From an uncultured Candidatus Binatia bacterium (GTDB lineage Bacteria > Desulfobacterota > Binatia > UBA9968 > CAXXLF01): 64,000 nucleotides of DNA. Each line of letters opens with the position of its first letter. Position 1 is the stretch's first letter. The stretch spans positions 2,336,001 through 2,400,000 of the forward strand of contig OZ244621.1 in the NCBI GenBank assembly GCA_965218425.1, in the 5' to 3' direction. Below are positions 1-9,909 of the stretch, piece by piece. The translations under genes and the position numbers were made by a program. The notes beneath the pieces were generated by a model, which worked only from the letters and a program-made list of their open reading frames with translations, ran no database searches and had not been told where the DNA came from.

Positions 1-831
1 GACCGCGTGGACCACACCCTCACAGACTTTTGCCATGAACCCCAAGTCCAGGGTATCGATGGTGTCGGTGCGGCCATGATAGTTCGGATTACGAAAAAAC
101 GAAGTGTCGGTCACCAAGAGCGCAGGATAGTCGAGGTCCCAAAAAGGGGAATGGTCGCTCAAGCGTACCGCGGGAATCAGGGATCCGTTGCCCGGGACCG
201 CCAGGGTTTCAACGGGCAACCCGGGTACTTTTCGTGTCAGGCGGGAAAACTTTTTCAGCAGCGAGTTTGAGTTCCAATTGCCGACCACAGCAATGAAGTT
301 CCCTTGTTCAGGGTAAAACCAACTGAGCCCAATGGGGTACTTCTGGCTGCCTGGGCGGTTGTCGGTGTAGCCAACCATTTCGAGAGATATCATGGCATTG
401 ACTTTAGCTCCGGCAGCCCTGAGTTTTTTCGCGAAATGAGTGCTACCGATCATGTTGAGCTCTTCAAGGTTGAAGGCGCAAAATAGCACCGGAGACCGCA
501 GTCTCGTTTGTGCCAGAGTGCGGGCGGCCTCAAGCAACACGGCGACGCCGCTCGCGTTGTCGTCTGCTCCCGGGGTCCCCATCACGGAATCGAAGTGGGC
601 GCCAACGATGATCAGGGGTGAGCGTGGGTTTGATCCACCCCGGCCAATGATGTTGCGGAATTTTCTCCTTCTGTAGTTAAAGGTGTCGTTCTCAACGGTA
701 AGCCCGTAGCTCCGGAATTCCTTCTCGATGTAGCTTTCGACTGCAGCGAGATGCCCCGGGCTGCTGAAGGGACTTCTCTCTGATACGATGCGTTGGAGTT
801 TTTTTTCGATCTCTTTAGGGTCGATTCTCAA
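1..831 (-). CDS. M28 family Zn-peptidase (partial, 3' end runs off window)
   Basis: Not in the ORF track. Manual translation from TTG at 831 (overlaps hisF stop, TTGA) is open to position 1 and contains [46 protein letters not shown] and [10 protein letters not shown], the M28 motifs. Confidence 0.88.
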   Translation of the reverse strand, partial: MRIDPKEIEKKLQRIVSERSPFSSPGHLAAVESYIEKEFRSYGLTVENDTFNYRRRKFRNIIGRGGSNPRSPLIIVGAHFDSVMGTPGADDNASGVAVLLEAARTLAQTRLRSPVLFCAFNLEELNMIGSTHFAKKLRAAGAKVNAMISLEMVGYTDNRPGSQKYPIGLSWFYPEQGNFIAVVGNWNSNSLLKKFSRLTRKVPGLPVETLAVPGNGSLIPAVRLSDHSPFWDLDYPALLVTDTSFFRNPNYHGRTDTIDTLDLGFMAKVCEGVVHAV

Positions 832-1598
832 GAAGTACTATCCCGCATTCTCACGGGAACCCCCCGATCTTTGAGATAGGATTTGCACTCCTGGATGGTG
901 TATTCCTGATAATGGAAGATGGATGCGGCCAGGGCGGCACTGGCATTGCCCGTTGCGAGTCCCTGGTGGATATGTTTGGGTGTCCCCACGCCGCCGGATG
1001 CGATAACAGGAATGACGACTCGGTCTGAGATGGCTCGGGTGAGCTTTAGATCATAGCCGTTCTTGGTACCATCCCGATCCATGCTGGTCAGGAGTATTTC
1101 ACCGGCACCGAAGGTTGCCATTTGATCCGCCCAGGTGCAGGCATCGAGTCCGGTGGGCTTTCTTCCCCCATGGGTAAAGACTTCCCAATGGTCACCCACA
1201 CTCTTGGCGTCAATGGCGACAACGATACATTGGCTGCCAAAGGTTTCTGCCGCTTCCCGAACGAACTCTGGCCTGGTCACCGCCCCGGTGTTGATGGAAA
1301 CTTTGTCGGCACCGGCCTTGAGGAGCTTTCTGATGTCGTCCAGTTGATTGATCCCGCCTCCGACCGTGAGGGGCATAAAGACCTGATCAGCGGTCCGCGC
1401 CACGATGTCCAAGATGATTTGTCTCTTCTCGTGGGAAGCGGTGATATCCAAAAAGCAGAGCTCGTCGGCTCCCTCCTGATCGTAGAGCCTGGCAACCTCC
1501 ACCGGGTCTCCCGCGTCCTTGAGTCCGACAAAATTGACCCCCTTGACAACCCGTCCCGCGTCAACGTCAAGGCATGGGATGATTCGTTTGGTCAGCAT
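828..1598 (-). CDS. hisF: Imidazole glycerol phosphate synthase cyclase subunit
   Basis: [49 protein letters not shown]. Confidence 0.97.
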   Translation of the reverse strand: MLTKRIIPCLDVDAGRVVKGVNFVGLKDAGDPVEVARLYDQEGADELCFLDITASHEKRQIILDIVARTADQVFMPLTVGGGINQLDDIRKLLKAGADKVSINTGAVTRPEFVREAAETFGSQCIVVAIDAKSVGDHWEVFTHGGRKPTGLDACTWADQMATFGAGEILLTSMDRDGTKNGYDLKLTRAISDRVVIPVIASGGVGTPKHIHQGLATGNASAALAASIFHYQEYTIQECKSYLKDRGVPVRMRDSTS

Positions 1599-1797
1599 AA
1601 AAACTATTTTTGCTCTCGCGTTCCGCGATTATTCCTTATTTCCTAACTTTAAGACCTAGACAGAAATATAATCAAAAGGCGGCAGAATAGGAAGCGCCCT
1701 AATATTCACTCTCCCGGTGCGGATTTTTGACCGAGAAAGGGGGCTTTTCGTGTCAGTACGGGTGCTTTCGTGGATTAAGGAGAGAGTTTGTGGATGA

Positions 1798-1827
1798 TTG
1801 ACATTAGCTTTCTTGCGGTGATAGGGT
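1798..1827 (+). promoter_or_regulatory. Putative sigma70 promoter
   Basis: TTGACA-N18-TAGGGT with TG just upstream of the -10; GAGGAG RBS before ATG 1865. Confidence 0.4.
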
Positions 1828-1864
1828 TCGGGCCGTCAGTCGTCAGACAAGAGGAGACAGTACG

Positions 1865-2896
1865 ATGAAAAGAACAATACTTGTTTTTTTCAGTTTGTCT
1901 CTAGCCGTCGTTTCTGTGATAGCGTCCTCGACAATAGCTTCAAGCGAGGACTTTTACAAAGGTAAGACCCTAAGGTTTCTCGTGCCATTTCCGCCTAGCG
2001 GCGGTTGGGATGCCTATAGAAGAGTCGCCGCTAAACACATTACCAAATACATTCCCGGAAAACCTTCCATCATTGTTCAGAACATGCCTGGGGCCAGCGG
2101 CATGGTAGGGGTGAATTTTCTCTACAATAGGGTAAAGCCAGACGGGCTCACCATAGGAATGTTTCAGACCACCAATGCCTTTTTGCAGCTTGCGGGAGAC
2201 TCGGCCGTAAAGTTCGACGTAGGGAAAGCAAACTGGCTCGGCGTTTTTTCCACCCGCGTCAGTACCTGTGTGGTGCGCACGGATTCTCCCTTCAAGACAA
2301 TCCAGGATATAATTGATTCCAAGGAACCCTTGCATAGTGACGCAGTGTCACGGAGTGGCGGAACAACCATGGAACCCATGTTGATGAACAAGATCCTGAA
2401 AACGAACATCGAAGTGGTTTCGGGGTATCCGGGGACCTCTGCTATTCGTATGGCCTTGAGACGAGGAGCAGTGCAGGGGATTTGTGGGTGGGGCTGGGCT
2501 TCGGTCAAGTCCACTGGCAAGGAACTTTTGGAAAAGGGGACCATCCGGGTTCTGATACAGGCTGCTAACCAACGTGAGCCTGACATTCCGAAGGATGTGT
2601 CTCTGATCACCGACTTGGCTCCCAGTGATATGCGCCCCCTTTTAAACGTCGATCTTATCCCCCGGACCGTGGGATGGAACATGATGCTGCAGCCAGGCGT
2701 GCCTCAGGATCGGGTGAATATACTTCAAGATGCTTTTGACACGACTATGAAGGACCCGAAGTTTCTAGAGCACGCCGAAAAGGTCAGGCTGCCCATAAGG
2801 CCCTTAAGGGGAGAGCGGATTGCCCAAATGTTTGATCAACTCTTCAAGGAAGCGACTCCAGACGTAATCACCGAGCTTAAAAAAATAATGCACTAA
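1865..2896 (+). CDS. Tripartite tricarboxylate transporter substrate-binding protein (TctC/Bug-like)
   Basis: Signal peptide; FYKGKTLRFLVPFPPSGGWD, VQNMPGASG, KPDGLTIG, VVSGYPGT, PGVPQDRV..L..AF. Confidence 0.85.
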   Translation: MKRTILVFFSLSLAVVSVIASSTIASSEDFYKGKTLRFLVPFPPSGGWDAYRRVAAKHITKYIPGKPSIIVQNMPGASGMVGVNFLYNRVKPDGLTIGMFQTTNAFLQLAGDSAVKFDVGKANWLGVFSTRVSTCVVRTDSPFKTIQDIIDSKEPLHSDAVSRSGGTTMEPMLMNKILKTNIEVVSGYPGTSAIRMALRRGAVQGICGWGWASVKSTGKELLEKGTIRVLIQAANQREPDIPKDVSLITDLAPSDMRPLLNVDLIPRTVGWNMMLQPGVPQDRVNILQDAFDTTMKDPKFLEHAEKVRLPIRPLRGERIAQMFDQLFKEATPDVITELKKIMH

Positions 2897-2932
2897 TCAC
2901 CCCATCCATTTTACTACGAGGATTAGACAACT

Positions 2933-3892
2933 ATGGTGAAGAATTCACACGTCAAGATGGTTTTGCCACCTGCCCCCTGGACGAAGGCCCTCGAGGAAGG
3001 CTCCGTGAAAGTGCCCGGGCTATCGTGGGAAGCCATGACCGAAATCTCTGGCGCCCCTGAACGTTTTGTGGCGACCCATGCAGAGGATATAGACGTAGGG
3101 GAGAATGGTCTGCGGCGATACATCATTGACCTGCTAAAGGGTGCTCCCCGCCTGGCGATTCCAGCTTTCTTTGGCCGTGAACACATGCAGCGTAACCTCC
3201 TTGTGAGTGCAGATTCGGGTTTCACCCACCCGCGAGACCTGGCGGGTAAAAAAATCGGCTCGCGCCTGACCGTTTCCTCCGGTACAGGCGCCGCAGTGCT
3301 CATGATGCTGGAACAGGGGTACAATCTACCCCTCGGCGATATGATTTTCTGCATGGGGGATCCGGACAATCTCAAAAACAACCGAATGGGTCTTCAGGTC
3401 AAACAGGGACCCGCCACCGACAAGGAGGGTTTCCAGCTTCTGATCAAAGGGGAGCTGGACGCGCTCATTCTCACCAGTGGTCCGCGCTATTTTTCCATGT
3501 TCGGTCACGACCGGCTCGACGAGGCGGTGGCCGCCCATCCCGGGGTACGGGTACTGATTAACGACCCATCCATGATTGCGGAGACCTATCGTAGGTCAGG
3601 GCTATACCCCATATCGGACCTAGTGGTTCTGGGCCAAAAGGCCGTTGCCACCGACCCCGAAGTGCCGGCGAAGGTACTTACGGCCCTTTCCGAAGCGAAT
3701 AAACGGTCGTCCAACTATCGCAATGAAGCGGAAGAAAAATTGGCCCGGGACGAGATAGCGCTCCTTGGTACCGACCCCCATGAATACAAGCTCGGGACGG
3801 AGCAACGAAAAAATATCGCGGCCTATACGGACTTCTTCTATCGGATGGGCGCTATTGAAAAGTACGTGGAACCGGAGGATCTCTTTATATAA
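2933..3892 (+). CDS. PBP2-fold protein, 4,5-dihydroxyphthalate decarboxylase/NMT1-THI5-like
   Basis: ALEEGSVKVPG, LAIPAF, P-x-DLAGKKIG, L..GELDAL, YRRSGLYPISDLVV; no signal peptide. Confidence 0.6.
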   Translation: MVKNSHVKMVLPPAPWTKALEEGSVKVPGLSWEAMTEISGAPERFVATHAEDIDVGENGLRRYIIDLLKGAPRLAIPAFFGREHMQRNLLVSADSGFTHPRDLAGKKIGSRLTVSSGTGAAVLMMLEQGYNLPLGDMIFCMGDPDNLKNNRMGLQVKQGPATDKEGFQLLIKGELDALILTSGPRYFSMFGHDRLDEAVAAHPGVRVLINDPSMIAETYRRSGLYPISDLVVLGQKAVATDPEVPAKVLTALSEANKRSSNYRNEAEEKLARDEIALLGTDPHEYKLGTEQRKNIAAYTDFFYRMGAIEKYVEPEDLFI

Positions 3893-3933
3893 CGCTGCCG
3901 GTGGAAATCTTTATGGTTGGTAACCGTACTCTA

Positions 3934-4400
3934 TCAACCGTTTGAGCATTCGTTCCTGAATCTCCACGGGCCAGGCCGCATCAAAAGAGGATTTCGCCGG
4001 GATCTGCTCCTTGCTCCAATGCTTTGGCCAGGTACAGTCGAAAAGGGCCCTGGCACCCCGAGCGTTTTTCTCTCTTCCGAGCTCAAAAACGGGATCAAGG
4101 ATCCTCTCACCGTGGGTGAGAACTTGTGAATATTGCGTTCAGGGTGACAGCGAGTGCTGAAGGCCCAAAGGACCTCTCCCATGTTGGTCACATCAATGTC
4201 TTCGTCAAAAATAAATAGGTGATAGGGCAGGGGGCGTACGGCCTGGGAGCTCCAGACGGCCGATGCCGTGGGGTCCGTGCATAATAGGGGTAAAGCATTT
4301 TCGTAGAAACAAACAGGAGATTGGTGGCGCCTTCAGGAGGCGAATAGAGTCCGGTGACGGGGAAACCCCGATCCCTGAGATCTTCTAGTAGAGCGCCCAT
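3934..4400 (-). pseudogene. C-terminal remnant of a UbiD-family decarboxylase, frameshifted
   Basis: Across frames: LRDRGFPVTGLYSPPEG, ASAVWSSQ, FDEDIDVTNMGEVLWAFSTRCHPE, SLIPFLSSEER; N-terminal domains absent. Confidence 0.7.
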
Positions 4401-4532
4401 TGTTTACGTATAAATGGTTGACTTATCAAGCATTTATCAGCAATATCAACATAATCAGTCGATCAGCGTTGAAACGATGATCAAGGGACGAGAATGAGCC
4501 GCGAAATGTGATGGTAAGGGAAGAGAGGCGCT

Positions 4533-5618
4533 TCAGTCTCGAATATCTTGGGTAAACCAATTCGTTGGGACTTCCAGGCCAAGGCCAAGTTCCCTTGCCC
4601 TGCGGACCACGTACTCGGCCACGGATGCGAACTGGAGACCCTGAGTGCCGTCATTAACGAAAAAGGTTTTTTGTCCGTTGTCAGTCCGTCCTTGTATCCT
4701 TCCAGACATTATTTCGGTCAAGGTGGGATAGCTCTTTTCGAAGAGATCCACAGCGGGTTGGCGAATTCTTCCCATCTCCGACTCGCTTCCGGCTACGTAG
4801 GCGGCATAGCCGGCGATGCGCTGCATCCCTTCATCGAGGCTTAGGATCGTCCCGCGCCCGAGTTTGATTACCAGGTGACAGTGATCAACGATTTCCGGAG
4901 ACCACTCGTTTGGTCTGACGCAGGTGAGGTGGACTCCGGGCGCGATCCAGCCTGGCTCCCGCACCACCACCTCAATGGAATCGGTGCAGGTGGCTACGAT
5001 GTCCGACCCCTTTACGACCTTTTGTATGTCCTGTTCGGGGACCACGTCCAACTTGAGTTGAGCGCTCATTTCCCTCGCAAAAGTTTCGCGGTGCTCCCTG
5101 GTCGGGCTGTAAACCTTGACCCTGCTCAAATCTCGTACTTCGTGAAAAGCTTCGAGATAGCTGCGTGCCATGCCGCCGGACCCAAGCATGCCCACCACGG
5201 ATGCGTCGGCTCTTGCCAGGTACCTGGCGCCCAATCCGGCACAGGCCCCCACCCTCATGTGCTGTATGATACCGTCGTTGACCATGGCCAGCGGCTCCGC
5301 GTTACGGGTGGAAAAAACCAGGATCAATCCACAATAGGTCCCCGGTTCGATGCAGTACTTCTCAACTGTCTTTCCATCCGGCCAATGAAGCATGTCGGAC
5401 TTCATGCGAATGGCAAAAGTCTCATGGGTACGGGAGACTCCCTCCATGGTACCCCAGCGAAACATTAACTCCGGGTCATCGTTTGGAGCGAAGATATCGA
5501 TCCTCGGTCTGTAACGCGCTCGATCCTGGCTGAGATCCTTGTAGCCGACCTCCAGGGCTTCCAGACATCCCTTCATGTTGAGGATCTTTTCCACAGTCTG
5601 GTTATTTATGATTAGCAT
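4533..5618 (-). CDS. Ornithine cyclodeaminase/mu-crystallin family protein
   Basis: QHMRVGACAGLGARYLAR, VVGMLGSGGMA, VKVYSPTREHRE, DIVATCTDS, GLQFASVA. Confidence 0.88.
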   Translation of the reverse strand: MLIINNQTVEKILNMKGCLEALEVGYKDLSQDRARYRPRIDIFAPNDDPELMFRWGTMEGVSRTHETFAIRMKSDMLHWPDGKTVEKYCIEPGTYCGLILVFSTRNAEPLAMVNDGIIQHMRVGACAGLGARYLARADASVVGMLGSGGMARSYLEAFHEVRDLSRVKVYSPTREHRETFAREMSAQLKLDVVPEQDIQKVVKGSDIVATCTDSIEVVVREPGWIAPGVHLTCVRPNEWSPEIVDHCHLVIKLGRGTILSLDEGMQRIAGYAAYVAGSESEMGRIRQPAVDLFEKSYPTLTEIMSGRIQGRTDNGQKTFFVNDGTQGLQFASVAEYVVRRARELGLGLEVPTNWFTQDIRD

Positions 5619-6006
5619 GGCTCATCCCTATCATATTTCGAAAGCCCAGCCAAAGTTTGAAGAACTATTAACCGTAGATATTCGCAGACTGGGAAACGGC
5701 AAGATGCATAGTGCAAAACGCAGGAAGTGGATTGCTGAATCGGGATGAAGATGTCTCGCGCAAAGCGAAACCAGTGGGCAGTTCGCAGTGAGCGGTATGC
5801 GGTAGTCAAGGTTGAATTCAAGAAAGGCAAGGTGGAGGGACTGATTTCTTGCTGCTTGCTGCCTCCCGCTCGCTGTTCTCGCTTTGCGAACTTACCCCCC
5901 TATTGAACCGGTTCCTTTTGTCGTATAGTCTTTCATCCAAAACGAATGCCCCTAGCCGGCATTGGACTCCAAAAAATTTATTGAACTCAGCAACACCAAC
6001 CATCCG

Positions 6007-7341
6007 ATGCTGAAGCGAATCGTTGACGTAAAAAACGGCGAATCCCGTGCCCTGTGGTGGTCTTTTGCATACTTCTTTTTTTTGTTGTGCAGCTACTACA
6101 TTTTACGCCCGGTGCGAGATGAAATGGGCATCCAGGGCGGAGTGAGAAGTCTCAAGTGGGTGTTCACGGGTACCTTTGTGGCCATGCTATTCGCCGTTCC
6201 GATCTTTGGTGCAGTGGCCGCACGGTTCCCCCGGCAAAAACTCCTGCCGATTGTTTATTATTTTTTCATTATCGACATCCTGATTTTCTATGTCTTGTTG
6301 GAAAGCGGCATCGCAACCCCTTATGTGGCGCGGGCCTTCTTTATCTGGGTCAGCGTCTTCAACCTCTTTGTGATCTCTGTCTTCTGGAGTTTTATGGCAG
6401 ACTTGTTCACCAACGAACAGGCACGGCGACTTTTTGGCTTTATTGCTGCCGGTGGGAGCGCGGGGGCCATCATAGGTCCATCGGTGACGGCGGTGCTCGC
6501 CAGGCCCCTTGGAACGTTTAACCTGTTATTGATTTCTGCCGTGATTCTGGGTTTGGCGGTTGTATGTATCCGGCAATTGGGAAACTGGGCCGCACAGTCC
6601 GAAGGCATTGTCACTTCGAATGAAAATGAGATTTCGGAAGAAGTAACGGCGACGGACGCCCAATATGCGAAGGCGCCTGTTGGAGGGGGTGTCTTCACCG
6701 GGATAAAGGCGGTTTTCCAGTCACCCTATCTACTGGGAATCGGCCTTTATATCTGGCTATACACGACGCTGTCTACCTTTTTGTATTTTGAGCAGGCCCA
6801 TATCGTGAAGGAGGCTTTTGCCGACTCAGAAAGCAGAACTGCACTATTCGCTTACATGGACCTTGCGGTGAATTCCCTCACGGTGGTTGGACAGGTGCTC
6901 GTCACGGCGAAAATCGTTGGCCGTTTTGGTCTGCCAATTACCCTGGCACTTTTACCTGGCCTGGCGGTATTGGGCTTTTTCGTGTTGGGATTATTCCCTT
7001 CTCTCGCCGTGCTCATCGGTTTTCAAATCGTGCGCAGGGCCGGTAACTATGGCATCGCATGGCCGGCCCGGGAGATGCTCTACACGGTGATAAGCCGTGA
7101 GGAGAAGTACAAGGCAAAAAATTTCATCGACACGGTGCTTTACCGTGGGGGCGACGCGGTGAGCGGATGGGTTTTTGCAGCTCTGCAAGGCGCAGGACTC
7201 GGGCTCTCGGCGATCTCTTTTGTGGCCGCTCCCATTGCCGCTGTTTGGTTGGTCACGGGCTGGGGATTGGGAAAGAAACAGGAGACCCTACGAACACCAC
7301 CAACCAACGAAGCAATACCGGAACACGTTTTACAGACCTGA
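6007..7341 (+). CDS. MFS transporter, NTP/NDP exchanger (AAA/NTT-like) family
   Basis: YYILRPVRDEMG, FNLFVISVFWSFMADLF..EQARRLFGFIAAGGSAG, PAREMLYTV, EKYKAKNFIDT..YRGGD; about 12 hydrophobic segments; alternative TTG start at 5962. Confidence 0.85.
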   Translation: MLKRIVDVKNGESRALWWSFAYFFFLLCSYYILRPVRDEMGIQGGVRSLKWVFTGTFVAMLFAVPIFGAVAARFPRQKLLPIVYYFFIIDILIFYVLLESGIATPYVARAFFIWVSVFNLFVISVFWSFMADLFTNEQARRLFGFIAAGGSAGAIIGPSVTAVLARPLGTFNLLLISAVILGLAVVCIRQLGNWAAQSEGIVTSNENEISEEVTATDAQYAKAPVGGGVFTGIKAVFQSPYLLGIGLYIWLYTTLSTFLYFEQAHIVKEAFADSESRTALFAYMDLAVNSLTVVGQVLVTAKIVGRFGLPITLALLPGLAVLGFFVLGLFPSLAVLIGFQIVRRAGNYGIAWPAREMLYTVISREEKYKAKNFIDTVLYRGGDAVSGWVFAALQGAGLGLSAISFVAAPIAAVWLVTGWGLGKKQETLRTPPTNEAIPEHVLQT

Positions 7342-7375
7342 ATGTAGTTATAGTATTTGGCATGGAGGAGAGATT

Positions 7376-8341
7376 ATGGTTGAACATGATGAGTTTCATA
7401 TTTCTTGGACGAGCGATCTTTCGCGGCGCAACGTTCTCAAGTTGCTGCTAGGATTCGGTGCGAGCCTCACCATGGGGCGGTTGCCGGATCTTTTTGCCGC
7501 CCAGTCCATACTGAAGCGACCCATCCCACGCACGGGCGAGCTGATAACGGCGGTTGGGCTCGGCACCTCTGGAAGATTCAACGTGGGTCCTGACGCTAGC
7601 GACAGGGCGCCGGTGAAAGAGGTCCTCCGCCTCTTCGTCGAGATGGGAGGTGCACTGGTGGATACCTCGCCCAGCTACAGGAGGTCCGAGGGTGTGCTGG
7701 GAGATCTATCGGCAGAGCTGGGAATTCGAAAATCCCTGTTTCTCGCCACCAAGGTCAGTACCTGGGAAGACCGTGAAGAGGGAATAGAACAGATGGAAGG
7801 ATCCCTGAAAGCGCTGCATACCGATCGAGTTGACCTCATGCAGGTGCACAACCTGAAAAACTGGAAGACTCACCTTAAGACGCTACGGGAATGGAAAGAT
7901 GCGGGCAGTATCCGCTACCTGGGTGTGACCACTTCCCAGGTGGTGGACTTCGAAGAGATGGAAAGCATCATTCGCAGTGAAAAACCGGACTTCGTTCAGC
8001 TCAACTACAATATCGAAACTCGGGACGCCGAAAAACGACTGCTACCCCTGGCCGCGGATAGCGGGACGGCCGTTCTAGTAAACCGGCCGTTCCAGCGGGC
8101 ACGTTTGTTCAGGAAGGTAAGAGCGCTTGGCGCCCGGCCACCTTCCTGGGCGGCCGAGTTCGATTGCGAAACCTGGGGCCAGTTCATGTTGAAGTTCATA
8201 CTCTCCCATCCAGCGGTGACCTGCACCATACCAGCCACCCGAAAACCTAAACACCTGGTGGACAATATGGGCGCGGGAATGGGGCGTCTCCCCGATAAAA
8301 AGATGCGCCGCCGCATGGTGGAGCTGGCGGGTAACCTTTAG
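7376..8341 (+). CDS. Aldo/keto reductase with twin-arginine signal peptide
   Basis: GGAGGAG RBS before ATG 7376; SRRNVLK plus hydrophobic stretch; VGLGT, DTSPSY, FLATKV, DLMQVHN, TIPATRKPKHL. Confidence 0.9.
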   Translation: MVEHDEFHISWTSDLSRRNVLKLLLGFGASLTMGRLPDLFAAQSILKRPIPRTGELITAVGLGTSGRFNVGPDASDRAPVKEVLRLFVEMGGALVDTSPSYRRSEGVLGDLSAELGIRKSLFLATKVSTWEDREEGIEQMEGSLKALHTDRVDLMQVHNLKNWKTHLKTLREWKDAGSIRYLGVTTSQVVDFEEMESIIRSEKPDFVQLNYNIETRDAEKRLLPLAADSGTAVLVNRPFQRARLFRKVRALGARPPSWAAEFDCETWGQFMLKFILSHPAVTCTIPATRKPKHLVDNMGAGMGRLPDKKMRRRMVELAGNL

Positions 8342-8348
8342 GAGAGAT

Positions 8349-8608
8349 TTAACCGCAGACCAGCGCAGACTATCGCAGATAGTTGACAGCAAAGGGCAGA
8401 GCGCAAAGCGTCCCGGCTCAGTGATTAGTGTTCAGGGTTCAATCATCAGATTAGGTGTAAGGGGTTGGGTATAGGGTTTAGGCTTCACCTCCGCCTACCC
8501 CCTTTACCCTTTCTTAATCCCCACTCAGTACTCAGCACTTCTACTCAGTGGTGATATCGATATGCGCCCAGCTCATTTCCCTTGGCGTCCTTTGCGTCTT
8601 TGCGCGAG
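8349..8608. repeat. Cluster of short periodic intergenic repeats
   Basis: 10-nt period CGCAGA x3 (8349-8380); 23-mer 8389-8411 matches 51838-51860 with 1 mismatch; 28-mer 8581-8608 identical to 16331-16358. Confidence 0.7.
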
Positions 8609-8709
8609 TCGTCCTCTATCCGATGCTTTAAACGCGATTCCAATGGATACCTCCAAATATGTTTGGTTATTTTTTTGGGTTAACCATTTCGACTGCGCCG
8701 CGCCTAGGT

Positions 8710-9559
8710 GGCTGTAGGCTCGAAAGGTGAAATCGGTGGCAAACTCTCCCTGCGGAGAAAAAACGGAATCTTCGACGCCGCTATGAAAGGCACCGTCAAT
8801 TATCTCCGGAAAAACGACGTGAGCTACGCGAAAGGCGAGAGAAGCGCCGGGGATATTCCCGGGGGCGGAAGAGGGATTCGCGTACGAAACGACAACAGAA
8901 AAAGCGGCAGCGCCGAAGGCAGAGAGAGTACCGGTGAGACCCATGGACAATGAGGACCAGAGAATCCGTCATTTTCTGAATCGAACCACCTTTGGCGCCA
9001 CCGGTGTTGAAGTTCAAGAGGTCAATGGGGAAAGTTGCCCGCCTGGTTAAATCCGGTGTGGGTGTGGAGATTGCATTCACCTCAGTGAGGAAGTAGTGGT
9101 CGAATAGCCGGAAACCTGCAGAAGTTAACCGAGGGGATTGTGGCTTTTTACCGAGACCCGGGAGATCGGATGGAAGACGTTATTCTTCTAACGTTATCAA
9201 AGTTTGGATGAGCGGTTAAGGAAAATGGAAATCATGGCACTGACCACGGTCACGCCAACATAATTTTTGTCCTGGGTGGAAAAGTTCAGGGTGGAAAAGT
9301 CTACGGTCGATGGCCCGGACTCGAGCCAGAGCTTCTGTACGAAGGAAGGGATCCGGAGCTTACCACGGATTACCGTCATGTTTGCGATGATGTGCTCCAC
9401 CACCATCTGGGTGTGCGGAACTTCAGCCGCATTTTTCCTGGGCCTGCGACCCTCCACCAACCTATTCCAGTGGAAGATTTGAGTGGATGGGACCAGCCCG
9501 TGGAAATTCTGTTCACTGATTCCTTGATCTTGCAGCGGCAATTGCCTCTTGCAAAGTGA
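8710..9559 (+). pseudogene. Degraded DUF3106-DUF1800-DUF1501 locus
   Basis: Manual translation: ER*NRWQTLPAEKKRNLRRRYERHRQLSPEKRRELRER (DUF3106-like); from 8943 MDNEDQRIRHFLNRTTFGAT (DUF1800 N-terminus); AFYRDPGDRMEDVILLTLSKFG*AVKENGNHGTDHGHANIIFVLGGKVQGGKVYGRWPGL (DUF1501 C-terminus, stop at 9209-9211). Confidence 0.75.
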
Positions 9560-9800
9560 AGGCCCCTACATAGAGGGCACGCCCTACGATCACACCCTCT
9601 ACTCCATCCCCCTCAATATTCTTGAGGCAGCGGATGTCGTCTAATTGGCCGACTCCCCGCGGCGAGATGACCCATGTCCCAATAAGCCCGGATTAGGGGG
9701 ATTTAGGTGTCGTTCCATTTGCGCCCACAGTATACCCCTTGACAAATTTATTTTATTTGATTACATGAACTTATAATATTTGTATTACTGAATAACATCT

Positions 9801-9867
9801 GACTGCTTCCCGGCCTTGGGTCAAGCCGCTTCGGTCGCCATGGGCATCAAGCCCCGACGAAGCAGTC
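9801..9867 (+). other. Candidate structured RNA leader upstream of the usp gene
   Basis: GACTGCTTC (9801-9809) pairs with GAAGCAGTC (9859-9867), enclosing two hairpins. Confidence 0.35.
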
Positions 9868-9909
9868 CCCACATCCGAGACGCAGTTTGAGTAAGATGGG
9901 AGATTCTCC

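Noticed and set aside
7..676. Plus-strand ORFs 7-270, 304-486 and 440-676
   Set aside because: Antisense shadows of the minus-strand M28 peptidase
7175..7375. Long N-terminal extension of the AKR in the ORF track
   Set aside because: Overlaps the transporter gene; the RBS and Tat motif point to ATG 7376
8349..8608. Periodic repeats as a CRISPR array
   Set aside because: Units are 7-10 nt with no unique spacers and there are no cas genes
8728..9211. In-frame TGA codons as possible selenocysteine or recoding
   Set aside because: They fall at expected Trp/Arg positions in a deleted locus, and TGA ends many intact genes in this window
8573..9541. Minus-strand ORFs of 125, 94 and 114 aa
   Set aside because: Antisense to recognisable DUF3106/DUF1800/DUF1501 remnants; no motifs of their own
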